Positions 17,338 through 26,683 of a stretch of 43,078 nt of DNA are shown here, piece by piece. The stretch comes from a virus. Taxonomy: Duplodnaviria > Caudoviricetes. The notes below the pieces were generated by a model. That model saw nothing but the letters and a program-made list of their open reading frames with translations, was not told where the DNA came from and searched no databases. The translations under genes were made by a program, and so were the position numbers. The DNA is taken from positions 1 through 43,078 of IMG/VR virus record IMGVR_UViG_3300028586_000037; one strand, given 5' to 3'. Every line of letters begins with the position of its first letter. Position 1 is the stretch's first letter.

Positions 17338-18999
17338 TCAGCTCGTGAGCATCACGAAGCCACTGAAGTCGGCCGTAGGCTTGATGAGTGTGTCATCGAG
17401 GCTGAGCAAGTGCAGGTCGAAGGTGTCGGTGAAGTGGGGCGCCTCCTCGGCGGGCACACTCTTGAGGCGCTCACTCGTCTTGTTCTTCTCGATACCATTC
17501 TTGCCCTCCTTAATCTCCGTCATCTGCATGGCCAGCAGCACCTCCTTGCAGTGGTACTTATTGAAGCGGATGCGAGGCTGGGCCGGGTCGTCCTCGGTCA
17601 GCAGCTCATGGGCCAGCAGGTAGCGGGCGCGGTAGCCGGGCACGCGGCCGAGCTTCTTCACCTCCACCTTCCAGTTCGCTTCGCGCAGCAGGCGTACAAA
17701 CTCCTGGTTGTAGGTCTCGTCACTGTTGGGGTTGCGGCTGTTGCCATACTCAGCATCCTCGATAAACACCACGCGCCTATTCAGGTGGTGGGCATAGTAG
17801 TCGGTGAAGAGCTTGGCCAGGTGGCGAATGAGTTGCGGATGCTTGACGTAGAAGCCCTTCAGGAAGCGGTACTCGCGCTGCTTGGCGTGCACCTGAGCCA
17901 CGGTAATGAACGAGGCCTTGCCCCAGTCGGCGGCAATGCGCAGGGGCAGCGTGGCGTCACAGTCGGCATCCTGCCGGCTATCGGGGAACTCGCTGAGCCG
18001 CTTCAGGCGCTCCGCACTGAATCCCTGGCCCTCCAAGTGGCTATAATCGAAGGCCTCGTAGCTGTGCTTGGCCGTGTCGAGCGTGGGGTAGAAGCCCGCC
18101 TCCACGGCCAGGGGCCGCTGATTGAGCACCTCCACGCGGAAGGTGAAGTCGGTGAGCAGGCGGCGCAGCTGCTCCAGGTACTCGATGCCCACGTTGGTGA
18201 GGTTCTCGAACACGTTGGACTCCGAGTAGAGCTGGCCGTCCTCGTCCACGTAGTAGCGCAGTTCGCGGGTCAGCTGCTGGATATCCTCCCACACGGCCTG
18301 GCGGGCCGTGCGGTCCTTATTATCAATGTAGCGCAGTTGGAGCTTAACGAGTTCGCGGCTCAGCGCCTCGTAGTCCTTGCCGTTGTCCTGATAGTGCTTG
18401 CTGCCCTCCAGCAGCCACTTGCCCTGGTTGCCGTAGGGCATGGACGTGAAATGGAAAACGCCGTGGTGCAGGCGGTGGCCAGCCCAGGCCTGGCGCTTAT
18501 TGCCCCGGTTAGCCGGCAGCACCTCGTCGTCGAATTTCTCGCGGTTGAGCGTCAGTGACTCGTCGGCCAGTATGCCGTCCAGGTTTAGGCCCCGGGCACT
18601 GCCCCCGCCCCCATCGAGGGAAATCAGGTGGAAGGCCGTGCCATTGGCAAAACACAGCGTATGGGTCCACTTCTGCGGCGGCTCGAAGGGCCGGCTGAAG
18701 TGCTTAGGTGGTGTCACGCCGATGACGTAGTGCACGTCCTGAATGTAGCCGATGCGCTCCAGCGAGGCAATCGTGGAGGGTAGCGTGCGGGTCAGAATTT
18801 GCTGGTAGGTCTGGCCGCACAGCGCCCAGGCACTGCGCGGCATGTTTTGCACAATCAGGTGCATCAGCCAGGCAATCAGCGAGGATTTGCCCGTGGCCCG
18901 GCCCCAGATGCTCACGGCCGACTTCATGAGCGTGACCAAAAACCGCAGCTGGGGCCGGTTGAAGTACAGCGGCTTGGTTTCTACTTGCTGGGCGCTCAT
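17338..18999 (-). CDS. terL: Terminase large subunit
   Basis: Walker A GRATGKS, Walker B GILADE, nuclease motifs IAADWG and HFTDTFD. Confidence 0.92.
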   Translation of the reverse strand: MSAQQVETKPLYFNRPQLRFLVTLMKSAVSIWGRATGKSSLIAWLMHLIVQNMPRSAWALCGQTYQQILTRTLPSTIASLERIGYIQDVHYVIGVTPPKHFSRPFEPPQKWTHTLCFANGTAFHLISLDGGGGSARGLNLDGILADESLTLNREKFDDEVLPANRGNKRQAWAGHRLHHGVFHFTSMPYGNQGKWLLEGSKHYQDNGKDYEALSRELVKLQLRYIDNKDRTARQAVWEDIQQLTRELRYYVDEDGQLYSESNVFENLTNVGIEYLEQLRRLLTDFTFRVEVLNQRPLAVEAGFYPTLDTAKHSYEAFDYSHLEGQGFSAERLKRLSEFPDSRQDADCDATLPLRIAADWGKASFITVAQVHAKQREYRFLKGFYVKHPQLIRHLAKLFTDYYAHHLNRRVVFIEDAEYGNSRNPNSDETYNQEFVRLLREANWKVEVKKLGRVPGYRARYLLAHELLTEDDPAQPRIRFNKYHCKEVLLAMQMTEIKEGKNGIEKNKTSERLKSVPAEEAPHFTDTFDLHLLSLDDTLIKPTADFSGFVMLTS

Positions 19000-19646
19000 G
19001 GCTTCTTTTTTCCTTTCTGTTGGGCCTCGTCGAGCATTTTATTCATCTGCTCGACGCTGGTGGTCATGTCTTCCACGGCATCGAGCACCACTTCGTATTG
19101 GTCGGGCGCCAGTTCCTCAATAGCGTTGGCGTTGAAGCGTAGGCCGCCCTCCGGGCCACCCACCTGGATGAGGTAGGTGTGGGCCACGATAGCCTCGCCG
19201 TCGAAGGTGCTGTCTTCGAGGTTAAGGCCCTCAAACGAGGTCATATTCTTGAGAATGGCGGCGTAGGCGCGCATATCCTCGATTTCCAAGGCTTTATCCA
19301 GCCCCTTAAGCGAGTATTCCCACAGCAGGCGCCGCTTGGCGCTCTTACTGGTCTCCACCACGTCGCCAAACACTTGCAGGGCCTCGCGCACGATGCGGTA
19401 GGCCGTGGCGCGGGCCACCTCGAACTTGCCCTGGAGCCACTCGGCCGCGTCGAGGGGCGATTTGCGCTGCACCATGTGGTGCCAGGCCGCGTCGATGCGC
19501 ACGCGGCGCTCCAGCTCGTCGGGCGTGAGCAGCGCCTCCACCTCCTCACTCAGGTACGAGTAGTAGATGCGGTCGAAGCTCGTTTTTAGCTCCGTGGGCA
19601 CGATGGCCGGCAGCTTGGCCAGGTCGGGAGTGCTTTTCTTACTCAT
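18996..19646 (-). CDS. Terminase small subunit (putative)
   Basis: HTH-like LQGKFEVARATAYRIVREA; 4-bp overlap with terL. Confidence 0.7.
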   Translation of the reverse strand: MSKKSTPDLAKLPAIVPTELKTSFDRIYYSYLSEEVEALLTPDELERRVRIDAAWHHMVQRKSPLDAAEWLQGKFEVARATAYRIVREALQVFGDVVETSKSAKRRLLWEYSLKGLDKALEIEDMRAYAAILKNMTSFEGLNLEDSTFDGEAIVAHTYLIQVGGPEGGLRFNANAIEELAPDQYEVVLDAVEDMTTSVEQMNKMLDEAQQKGKKKP

Positions 19647-20298
19647 CGCGCAGCAGCGCCTCCACGACGCCTAAATCAGTTTGGGCCTGCGCCAGGTCGG
19701 CGGCGCGGTCGGGCCGTTTTTTGAGTTTGCTCACCTGGCTGCGCAGGCTGTTGCGCTTTTTGACCAATTCGACCGGGCTGAGCGTATCGAGGCCGGGCGC
19801 GGCGGCCGGCGGCGGGGGTAGCTGGCCATGCTCGCGCACGTAGGCATCGGTTTTCCAGTTGGCGTTTAGCTCACGGCTCAGGGCCATGATGCGCACGGCC
19901 AGCAGGCGCACGTCTTCCTGGCTGCCGTGCTCGGCCAGCACCTCCAGCTGGGCGTGCAGCTGTGTGCGCTCGTCGTAGAGCAGCCGGCGGGCCTGGCCCA
20001 GCGGAATAAGCAGCGCGCCCCGGGCGATATCGGCCCTAAAGTCCTTGGCGGGCTCACTTGGCAACGATTCCGTTGCACTTTCCACCAACACGGCCGGTAG
20101 CGGCACGGCCAGGGCCACGGCGGCCGTTACGCCGGCCTTGGCCAGCTTGCCTAGCTCCCAGGCCAGGGCCTCTTGGTTGTAGGTGCTCGGGCCGTGGCCC
20201 AGCACCTGCTTGAGGCGGGCGTTGTCGCCCAGCTGCTCGTAGAGCTGGCGCCCGACCTCATAATTACGCTCGCTGTCGAGCCATGCTTGCACTGTCAT
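19639..20298 (-). CDS. Phage hypothetical protein (coiled-coil C-terminus)
   Basis: Start MTVQAW (20298), 4 nt after the promoter motif; overlaps terS start. Confidence 0.7.
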   Translation of the reverse strand: MTVQAWLDSERNYEVGRQLYEQLGDNARLKQVLGHGPSTYNQEALAWELGKLAKAGVTAAVALAVPLPAVLVESATESLPSEPAKDFRADIARGALLIPLGQARRLLYDERTQLHAQLEVLAEHGSQEDVRLLAVRIMALSRELNANWKTDAYVREHGQLPPPPAAAPGLDTLSPVELVKKRNSLRSQVSKLKKRPDRAADLAQAQTDLGVVEALLRDE

Positions 20299-20302
20299 GC
20301 CC

Positions 20303-20338
20303 CGAAATTCCGCTGGCAATTGCCGGCTAGAAAGGACA
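20303..20338 (-). promoter_or_regulatory. Putative late promoter, copy 4
   Basis: TGTCCTTTC-N5-GGCAATTGCC-N5-AATTTCG. Confidence 0.72.
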
Positions 20339-20340
20339 TG

Positions 20341-20374
20341 AAAAAAGCCCGTTGGCAAGGCCAGCGGGCTTTTT
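20341..20374. terminator. Terminator after the tail tube gene
   Basis: AAAAAAGCCCGTTGGC-AAG-GCCAGCGGGCTTTTT. Confidence 0.8.
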
Positions 20375-20415
20375 AGAATTATCTCATCGGGCTGTACGCC
20401 CGAATCTTCACAAAA

Positions 20416-21018
20416 CTACTTCAGATAAACCAACTCCTGTTCGGTAGCCGCGTCACCGGCGCCAGCGCCGGCAATCTGCACCTGGCCCGCGAAAATGGGG
20501 GCCGGGCCGCTCCACACGCTTTGGAAGGTGAAGGTGCGCCCCTTGCGGTCGGCCGACTTCTCGCCGGTCGTGCCGGGGGCCGACACCATCTTGGCCGGGT
20601 AGCCGGGGTTGCCCAGCAGGCGGGGCGAACCATCCAGCTCGAAGTAAAGCAGGTAGAACGAGCCGTTCTTGGCGTAGCGGGCAAAGCCATCAGCGTTGGC
20701 CTTGTTGCCCGGAATCAGCAGCTTGAGGCCGTTTTTGAAGCTCATGCCGTCGATTTCGCCCTGCGAGTCGCTCGTGCCCGCGCCGGCCTCCAGCGTGCAC
20801 TGGAGGCGGAAGGCCTTGCGCCCGTTCTTGAGCAGGATATCGTCCGGTACCGTCACGAGGTCGGCCAGGGTCTGGGCCGTGGCGCCCTTGAGGTCGATTT
20901 TCGGGAAGGTGGGGTGCTTGACCACATCGCGGTGGTCGATGAGGTAAATGTTCTGTTGGATACCCGACGAGTTGTCTTCGCCGGCCGTACCCTCGATGTC
21001 TTCAAAATCTAGTGCCAT
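20416..21018 (-). CDS. Major tail (tube) protein, putative
   Basis: 200-aa beta-rich protein right after the capsid gene; DNSSGIQQNIYL...RLLGNPGYPA...GRTFTF. Confidence 0.62.
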   Translation of the reverse strand: MALDFEDIEGTAGEDNSSGIQQNIYLIDHRDVVKHPTFPKIDLKGATAQTLADLVTVPDDILLKNGRKAFRLQCTLEAGAGTSDSQGEIDGMSFKNGLKLLIPGNKANADGFARYAKNGSFYLLYFELDGSPRLLGNPGYPAKMVSAPGTTGEKSADRKGRTFTFQSVWSGPAPIFAGQVQIAGAGAGDAATEQELVYLK

Positions 21019-21043
21019 GGTGGATAACTAGGTGAATAGGTGG

Positions 21044-21079
21044 AAAAATGGCCCGCCCCGGCAAGGTGCCGGGGCGGGC
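21044..21079 (-). terminator. Hairpin/terminator after the capsid gene
   Basis: 13-bp perfect stem GCCCGCCCCGGCA/TGCCGGGGCGGGC, followed by CATTTTT on the minus strand. Confidence 0.7.
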
Positions 21080-21095
21080 TCTTTAGCAGTTGCGA

Positions 21096-22091
21096 CTAGT
21101 CGAGGGTGGGGTAGTATTTCCCGTCCAGCTCGGCCGTGCCCAGGCCGCTTACCGTGCCGTCAACCACGCCCACAACCACCATCTGGTTGGTGTGGAACTG
21201 CACACCTTCCCACCACTCCATGAAGATTTTCACGTCGTAGTCCTGCGCCTGGATGTCGGTAATCACCGGCTCATCGTTGATGTCGATGAGACGCAAGAAG
21301 TTCTCGTCGGGGGTCGAGAAGATGACATCCGAGCCGTTGAGGCCGGGTAGGCCAATCAGCTCACGGTCGCCCAGGATGGTGCGGTAGCCCTTGTTGTCGG
21401 TGTAGGAAGGATACACACCGTACCTCTTGAAGTAGTCGATGCGGTATTTCTCCAGGTTGCTCTTGCTCATAAACACGCGGGTCAGCAAGTCCTTCAGAGG
21501 CTCCGGGATGGCCTGCTCGAAGTCCGTCACCTGGTCGGTGATGTTGCTCGACGTGATGGCCACGAGCGGCACCTGGAACACCGGGTTCTCGTTGCCGGGC
21601 ACCATCGCCTGGCGGATGATTTCGGCGATGCCGTCCATCGACTTGCCAAACTCGTTTTTCTTGGCCGCATCGTATTTGCCTTTGCAGAGCAGCAGCTCGC
21701 GGTCAGCCACTACTTTCTTCATCAACTGGTCGTTGATGATGTACTGCGAAATGGGCATGTCCTGCGGCTTCTTATTCTCCGAGTACAAATCGGCGAGCCA
21801 CGAGGCCTGAATGTCATCCGGCTTGATGGGGTAGTTAACCTTCTGGCGGAAGTTCTTCAGCTCGTTTACCCGAAACTCAGTGATACCGAGCGGGCTCCAC
21901 ACGGCCGTAAAGCCCTGCACGACGTGGCCCGAAATAGCCTGAAGCGCGGGGAAGCGGCCCTTCACAGAAGCTACGAGGCGCATGTACTTAGCCGTTACCG
22001 ACTTCTGGTAGGCCATGCTGCGAATCTCCTTGTTGTTGGTTCGCGAGTAGGCGCCCAGCTCTTCTTTTAGTTGAGTGGCATTAATAGCCAT
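21096..22091 (-). CDS. Major capsid protein
   Basis: 331 aa directly after protease/scaffold; SMDGIAEII and C-terminal beta pattern consistent with an HK97 fold. Confidence 0.8.
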   Translation of the reverse strand: MAINATQLKEELGAYSRTNNKEIRSMAYQKSVTAKYMRLVASVKGRFPALQAISGHVVQGFTAVWSPLGITEFRVNELKNFRQKVNYPIKPDDIQASWLADLYSENKKPQDMPISQYIINDQLMKKVVADRELLLCKGKYDAAKKNEFGKSMDGIAEIIRQAMVPGNENPVFQVPLVAITSSNITDQVTDFEQAIPEPLKDLLTRVFMSKSNLEKYRIDYFKRYGVYPSYTDNKGYRTILGDRELIGLPGLNGSDVIFSTPDENFLRLIDINDEPVITDIQAQDYDVKIFMEWWEGVQFHTNQMVVVGVVDGTVSGLGTAELDGKYYPTLD

Positions 22092-22187
22092 AAAAATGGG
22101 GCAGAAAAAAGGTGAGAAAGGGTAGAGAAATCCGGTTATTGGCCCCCTCTCCTAGCGAGAGGGGGCCGGGTGGTTAAGGGCCGCCTA

Positions 22188-22601
22188 CTAGCCGAGCAGG
22201 GCGATGGCCTCGGCATTGTGGTCGGCCTTGGCATCGAACCACGAGTGAGCCTTGGGGGCCTCTACCTCGTCGATGCCGGTTTTGCCGGCGGCGGTGGGCG
22301 TGGCACCACCCAGGGCGCCCAGACGCTCCACCTCTTTTTGCGAGGCAGCCAGGTCGGTGCTGAGCTTGGTAGTCGAGGCGGTGAGTTCGGTCACCTTGGC
22401 CTCAGCGGCCACGGCGCGGCCGGCCTTGGCAGCCAGGTCCTGGAATTCGGCCTGCGTGATGATGGCCGCATCCGTGACGCCGGCGGCAATCAGCTCTTCA
22501 TTAGCTGCTTTAGCGGTTTCGGCCGTGAGGCCAGTCTTACCCGAAAGGGCAGCAAGGGCGGCAAAAGCCGGGGTGTTTTTGCTACGGTCGAACAGTCCCA
22601 T
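22188..22601 (-). CDS. Nested in-frame scaffold protein (137 aa), putative
   Basis: Internal ATG (MGLFDRSKN) preceded by an AT-rich unstructured tract with A at -3; coiled-coil product. Confidence 0.55.
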   Translation of the reverse strand: MGLFDRSKNTPAFAALAALSGKTGLTAETAKAANEELIAAGVTDAAIITQAEFQDLAAKAGRAVAAEAKVTELTASTTKLSTDLAASQKEVERLGALGGATPTAAGKTGIDEVEAPKAHSWFDAKADHNAEAIALLG

Positions 22602-23549
22602 AGTGGTTGATTGAGAGGTGGTTGAAAGTGAAAAATTGGTGGAAGCAGAAAAAGAGCTGGCGCCTACGAGCCCGGCTTCATCAGCCAGGTCGAAAGCCAG
22701 CTGGATGGCATCCTGAAGCGAGCCGAGTTGGTTGGCCAGGCCGTTATCGACGGCGGCCTGGCCCACGTAGAGCTTGCCCGTCTTGGTGTCGTCGGTGGCG
22801 CCCGGCAGGTTGGCCTTGACGGTGGCCAGGAACTCGTTATTGAGCGGGTCGAGCAGCTGCGAGCGGAGCAGGCCGGGCTTGCCCTTGAGGGCCTCGTCGA
22901 ACATCTTGGTTTTGTCCGTCGAATCGGTGGCCGTCACTGTGACCTGGGTAATGCCCATCTTCTCGTAGAATTTCGAGAAGTCCATGCCGTCCCACTTCGT
23001 ACCGATGCTGCCCGCGATGCCCGTGCGGGCAATCACGAGGCGGTCACAGCCCGACCCGGCCCACAGGCCGGCGCTGCACATCATTTCGATGAAGCCCACG
23101 GCGGGCTTCACGGTGCCGGCGATGATGTCGGCGAAATGCTCCAGGCCCAGGGTCGAGCCACCGGGTGTGCGCAGCACTACGACGTGGGCCACGATGTTGG
23201 GGTGGGCATCGGCCTGCTGGATGCGGCTGGCCAGCGTGCGCGTGCCGGGCACGTAGCCGTAGTCCCAGTCGTAATCATCCTCCGGCATCATCACGCCGCT
23301 CACGGTCGTAATGGCCACCGAGCCGGCGGGCACCTCGTCGAGCGAGCCGTAGCCGCGCAATTCCAGGCTCGTAGCGGCCATGTCGATGGCGAAGACGGTG
23401 GCCGGGGCCGGTTGGTCGGTGGGCCGGGCCACGGCCGGGCCGCCCTCGGTGAGTAGCCGGGCGCTCTGGAGCATAAAGGCCGGCACAGCCGACTCTTCCA
23501 ACAGAAATTGCCCGCCCAAGACGGCCGCTAAGGAGCTATTTAATTGCAT
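22188..23549 (-). CDS. S49-family prohead protease with C-terminal scaffold region
   Basis: LRTPGGS, MCSAGLWAGSGCD, GSIGT S49/SppA motifs. Confidence 0.9.
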   Translation of the reverse strand: MQLNSSLAAVLGGQFLLEESAVPAFMLQSARLLTEGGPAVARPTDQPAPATVFAIDMAATSLELRGYGSLDEVPAGSVAITTVSGVMMPEDDYDWDYGYVPGTRTLASRIQQADAHPNIVAHVVVLRTPGGSTLGLEHFADIIAGTVKPAVGFIEMMCSAGLWAGSGCDRLVIARTGIAGSIGTKWDGMDFSKFYEKMGITQVTVTATDSTDKTKMFDEALKGKPGLLRSQLLDPLNNEFLATVKANLPGATDDTKTGKLYVGQAAVDNGLANQLGSLQDAIQLAFDLADEAGLVGASSFSASTNFSLSTTSQSTTMGLFDRSKNTPAFAALAALSGKTGLTAETAKAANEELIAAGVTDAAIITQAEFQDLAAKAGRAVAAEAKVTELTASTTKLSTDLAASQKEVERLGALGGATPTAAGKTGIDEVEAPKAHSWFDAKADHNAEAIALLG

Positions 23550-23568
23550 CGTTCAGGATTGAATGATG

Positions 23569-23604
23569 CAAAACTGCCGGTGCCCGGGGCGGGTAGAAAG
23601 GACA
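23569..23604 (-). promoter_or_regulatory. Putative late promoter, copy 5
   Basis: TGTCCTTTC-N20-AGTTTTG upstream of the protease; preceded by terminator hairpin 23611-23629. Confidence 0.7.
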
Positions 23605-23656
23605 GAAAAACGCCCCGCCGGGTGGGGCGAGGCGCACTGGAAATTACCGCTGAAGG

Positions 23657-24304
23657 CTAGCCAACGGCGGGGTATTTGGCCCGCAGGTAAGCCTCGGTAC
23701 GGCGGCGGTCGTCATCGTTCAAATCGCCCAGGTAGAGGTAGCAGGCGCTGATGAGGCCCTGCCAGTCGTAGGCGCTGCCCGCTTCGCCCCCGAGCATTAG
23801 CTGGTCTGACCACGGCAGGCGCTGCTGCGAATTGCGCACGGGCACCGACGTTTGCAGCACCCCGTTGAGGTAGAATGTGGCCCCGGCCCGGCCCATCTTC
23901 ACGGTGAGCAGCACGGTCTGTTCCCCGTCGAGCACCGTGTTATCGGCGATGTGCACGAAGCCATCGACGTACGTATTGTAGGTGATACCCAGGAAGTAGG
24001 AATAGCTGCGACCCGTGTAGCCTACCCAGGTGCCGCTGGCCTGACCCTGGCTCAGGATGCTGAAGGCCATGCGTAGGTCCTCGGCCAGCGTGCTCTTGTT
24101 GAGCACGAGGAAGACCGTGACAAGCTCACTGGCCGATAAGCCCGGAATGGTGAACTGGCGCTTGGTGCTGGCCAGCGCCAGTTCGGTGCCCAGTACGTAC
24201 CCCGGGGCCGGGGTGCGGCCAAACGCGGGGTACGTAGCGGCAGCGGCCAGGGCCACGGTGCCCGCCCGTAAGGCCCGGGGGCCAGCTGCGAGGCGCGTGC
24301 TCAT
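23657..24304 (-). CDS. LamG/concanavalin-like fibre-associated protein
   Basis: FYLNGV...LMLGG...WQGLISACYLY...RRTEAYLRAKY LamG-type C-terminus. Confidence 0.6.
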   Translation of the reverse strand: MSTRLAAGPRALRAGTVALAAAATYPAFGRTPAPGYVLGTELALASTKRQFTIPGLSASELVTVFLVLNKSTLAEDLRMAFSILSQGQASGTWVGYTGRSYSYFLGITYNTYVDGFVHIADNTVLDGEQTVLLTVKMGRAGATFYLNGVLQTSVPVRNSQQRLPWSDQLMLGGEAGSAYDWQGLISACYLYLGDLNDDDRRRTEAYLRAKYPAVG

Positions 24305-25164
24305 ACCTGGTCGTGGATAGCGGTGATAGTTACGGTGCCGGCGCCCGCCAGCAAGGCGAGCCCCAGCACGTTTTTGGCGCTGATGGTGCAGCCAGTAGCC
24401 GTGCGGTTGCTGATGGTGCCCGTGAGGCCCAGCAGCGCCAGACCCTCGAATTCACACACGGCATTGTACTTATCATCGGCAAAGGGCACCTCCCAAACCA
24501 CGTCGATTTTCATGGTGCCCGTGAGGCCTACGGCGGTCGTAGCCATGCGCTTGGTGCGGAAGCGAGCCACCAACGTGGCCAGGCCGGCCTGGGCATTAGT
24601 GGCCAGCAGCTGCGCAGCATCGGCCGCCAGCTGGGCCGCAGCGGTGCCGGTGGCTACCGTATCGAGCTTGGCCTGCGCGTTCGCGGCGTTGGTTTTGAGC
24701 GCGTTGGCATCTGCCTGCGCGGCCTCGGCTTTGGCCTGGGCCGCCGCAATCAGGGCCTCGTTCTTGGTGGCGCGGGCCTGAAGCGCCGCCGTGGCCAACT
24801 CGTCGGCCACAGCCTGCCGCTGGAACGTCACGATGTCGAGCGAGTTGGCATGAATAGCGGCCTCGATGAGCTTATCCTTCTGCTCCAGAAAGGCCGCCTG
24901 CGCGGCCGTAGCGGCGGCCTGCGCCTGGGTGCTGGCCACCGTGCGCTCGGCCAGCGCCAGGCGCGGGCTGTAATCGGCAAACTTGGCAGCCGTGAGCTGC
25001 TCCATGTTATCCATGCGGCACGTCAGCGCAAAGAGCGCAGCCCGTAAGCCATTCATACTCTTGGGCATGTCGTCAATAGCAGGTGCTTCCACCGGGCCAA
25101 CGAGGGGCCGAAGGGCCTGCTCGATAGCATCCTGACGATTTTGTTCGGCGCGGGTCATGGCCAT
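24301..25164 (-). CDS. Coiled-coil fibre protein with C-terminal beta-sandwich tip
   Basis: Long Ala-rich heptads, then VVWEVPFADDKYNAV...TISNRTATGCTI. Confidence 0.62.
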   Translation of the reverse strand: MAMTRAEQNRQDAIEQALRPLVGPVEAPAIDDMPKSMNGLRAALFALTCRMDNMEQLTAAKFADYSPRLALAERTVASTQAQAAATAAQAAFLEQKDKLIEAAIHANSLDIVTFQRQAVADELATAALQARATKNEALIAAAQAKAEAAQADANALKTNAANAQAKLDTVATGTAAAQLAADAAQLLATNAQAGLATLVARFRTKRMATTAVGLTGTMKIDVVWEVPFADDKYNAVCEFEGLALLGLTGTISNRTATGCTISAKNVLGLALLAGAGTVTITAIHDQV

Positions 25165-26672
25165 TAGGAGAAGCTGGTGCGCAGCCAGGTGGGCGTTGCG
25201 ATGAGAATACTGGAGTTGGCCGGGTCGGGCATGGTGTTGTCCTTATCGGGCACGAGCGTGTAGAGGTCGCCGTTGGTCAGGTCAACAATCTGTGAGCCCA
25301 GGTTCGTGCTCGTATCGCCGGCCAGCGGCACGTCCACGGCCTTGAACTGACTGTTCGAGGTGAATAAGCTAAATACTTGGTCGCGCTTGGGCTGGCTGTA
25401 CCCGTAGATATCATTCTGAGGCAGCGTTAGCTCGCCGGCCGCGTTCGGCGCCTGGCCGTTGACGGTTTTGACCGTGCCCCGGCCGCCTACCGGCACCACG
25501 TTCACGCCAGCGGCCACGTTATCCGCCTGAAATGGCTCTAGCGCGTACACGGTGCCGGTGCCAAGCAGGCTAGTATAGTAGCCGCTGAGTAGCACTGCGC
25601 CACCATTAGCAAGTTCTAGCGGCTTACCGCAATAACCCTCCAGACGAGGCAGTAACGCCACTGGCGTGCTGGCGAGCGCAGTCGTTAGGAGCCGCACCTT
25701 ACCGCCCCGTGTGGCGGGGGCCTGCTCTATGTAGAAGCGTAAAAAGGTGAGCGTACCCACTTCGTCGCCGGGTAATGTCAGTACCACGTTCTCCCCCAGC
25801 TGCATGGTGGTACCCTGAGCGGAGGCAGAGTAGGCCCAGCCCGCCCCGCTGGCAGCGTTGCTCTTCGTAAGCACGAGCGTCGCGGCGTTGAACGTGTAGA
25901 AGGTCTTTTGCGTCACATCAGCTAGTGCATCGTCGAAGGAAGCGTAGCCGACCGGCGCCCCACCGGTTTCGAGGTAGCCATACACCGGCGAGCCCTGCAC
26001 GCCCAACGTTTTGAGTTGCAGCGTATGCTGCTCCTGCACCTGCGCGCTGCCTTTCGTGGCCAGCAACGTATCGGCCTCGGCCTTGGTGTAGGCATCCACG
26101 GCGCCACCTGCACCGGCCGCGCGCGGCATCGTGGTATCGGTGGTCAGCTCGTAGGCCACGGGTAGCACAAACTCCTCGCGGGTCTGGATGTCAATACCAA
26201 TGGTATAGGCATCAGCCCCGGCCACGCTGTGCCGCGACACGGCCACCACGAGCACGTCGGCGAGCGGGTCACCGTTCGCGTCCACGCGGCCGGTGAGGCG
26301 GTAGAGCTTGCTGGGCTCCAGTAGGCCGTCGCTACTAAAGTCCTGGCCCTGCTGCACGCTCATTTCCCGGTAAGGCAGCACGGGCGAGAGCGGCATCAGC
26401 GCCGGCGTCCAATCGGCCGTTTCCTGGCCCGGCGTCGGCTCGGGCAACACGCCCGCCAGCCGGCTGCGGTAGTATAGGCCCTGGAACACGACGAGGTAGC
26501 TTTCCGGGTAGAAGAAGTTGGGGTCGTACTCGGGCACGTTGGGCGCCACCTGGGGCACAAACGTGGCGCGAATATCCTCGGCGAAGGCCCGGAAGTGGGC
26601 CGGCCGAATCCGCATCAGCTCGTTATCAGCAAAGCGCTTATTGCTAATTAGTTCAAAGGTTTCTGTCGTCAC
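25164..26672 (-). CDS. Tail fibre/receptor-binding protein, putative
   Basis: GTG start at 26672; DAYTKAEADTLL and TVKTVNGQAPNAAGELTL fibre motifs. Confidence 0.68.
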   Translation of the reverse strand: MTTETFELISNKRFADNELMRIRPAHFRAFAEDIRATFVPQVAPNVPEYDPNFFYPESYLVVFQGLYYRSRLAGVLPEPTPGQETADWTPALMPLSPVLPYREMSVQQGQDFSSDGLLEPSKLYRLTGRVDANGDPLADVLVVAVSRHSVAGADAYTIGIDIQTREEFVLPVAYELTTDTTMPRAAGAGGAVDAYTKAEADTLLATKGSAQVQEQHTLQLKTLGVQGSPVYGYLETGGAPVGYASFDDALADVTQKTFYTFNAATLVLTKSNAASGAGWAYSASAQGTTMQLGENVVLTLPGDEVGTLTFLRFYIEQAPATRGGKVRLLTTALASTPVALLPRLEGYCGKPLELANGGAVLLSGYYTSLLGTGTVYALEPFQADNVAAGVNVVPVGGRGTVKTVNGQAPNAAGELTLPQNDIYGYSQPKRDQVFSLFTSNSQFKAVDVPLAGDTSTNLGSQIVDLTNGDLYTLVPDKDNTMPDPANSSILIATPTWLRTSFS

Positions 26673-26683
26673 GGCGGGGCGTA

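Noticed and set aside
10128-23983. Scattered single TGTAGGT copies inside late genes as iterons
   Set aside because: Isolated, correspond to Thr-Tyr codons and are compatible with chance
2318-26672. Tail-fibre inversion (Gin/Cin-type) system
   Set aside because: Recombinase is over 20 kb from the fibre genes, and no inverted crossover sites or reversed fibre cassettes were seen by eye
23657-26672. Diversity-generating retroelement targeting fibres
   Set aside because: No reverse transcriptase ORF and no TR/VR repeat pair detected
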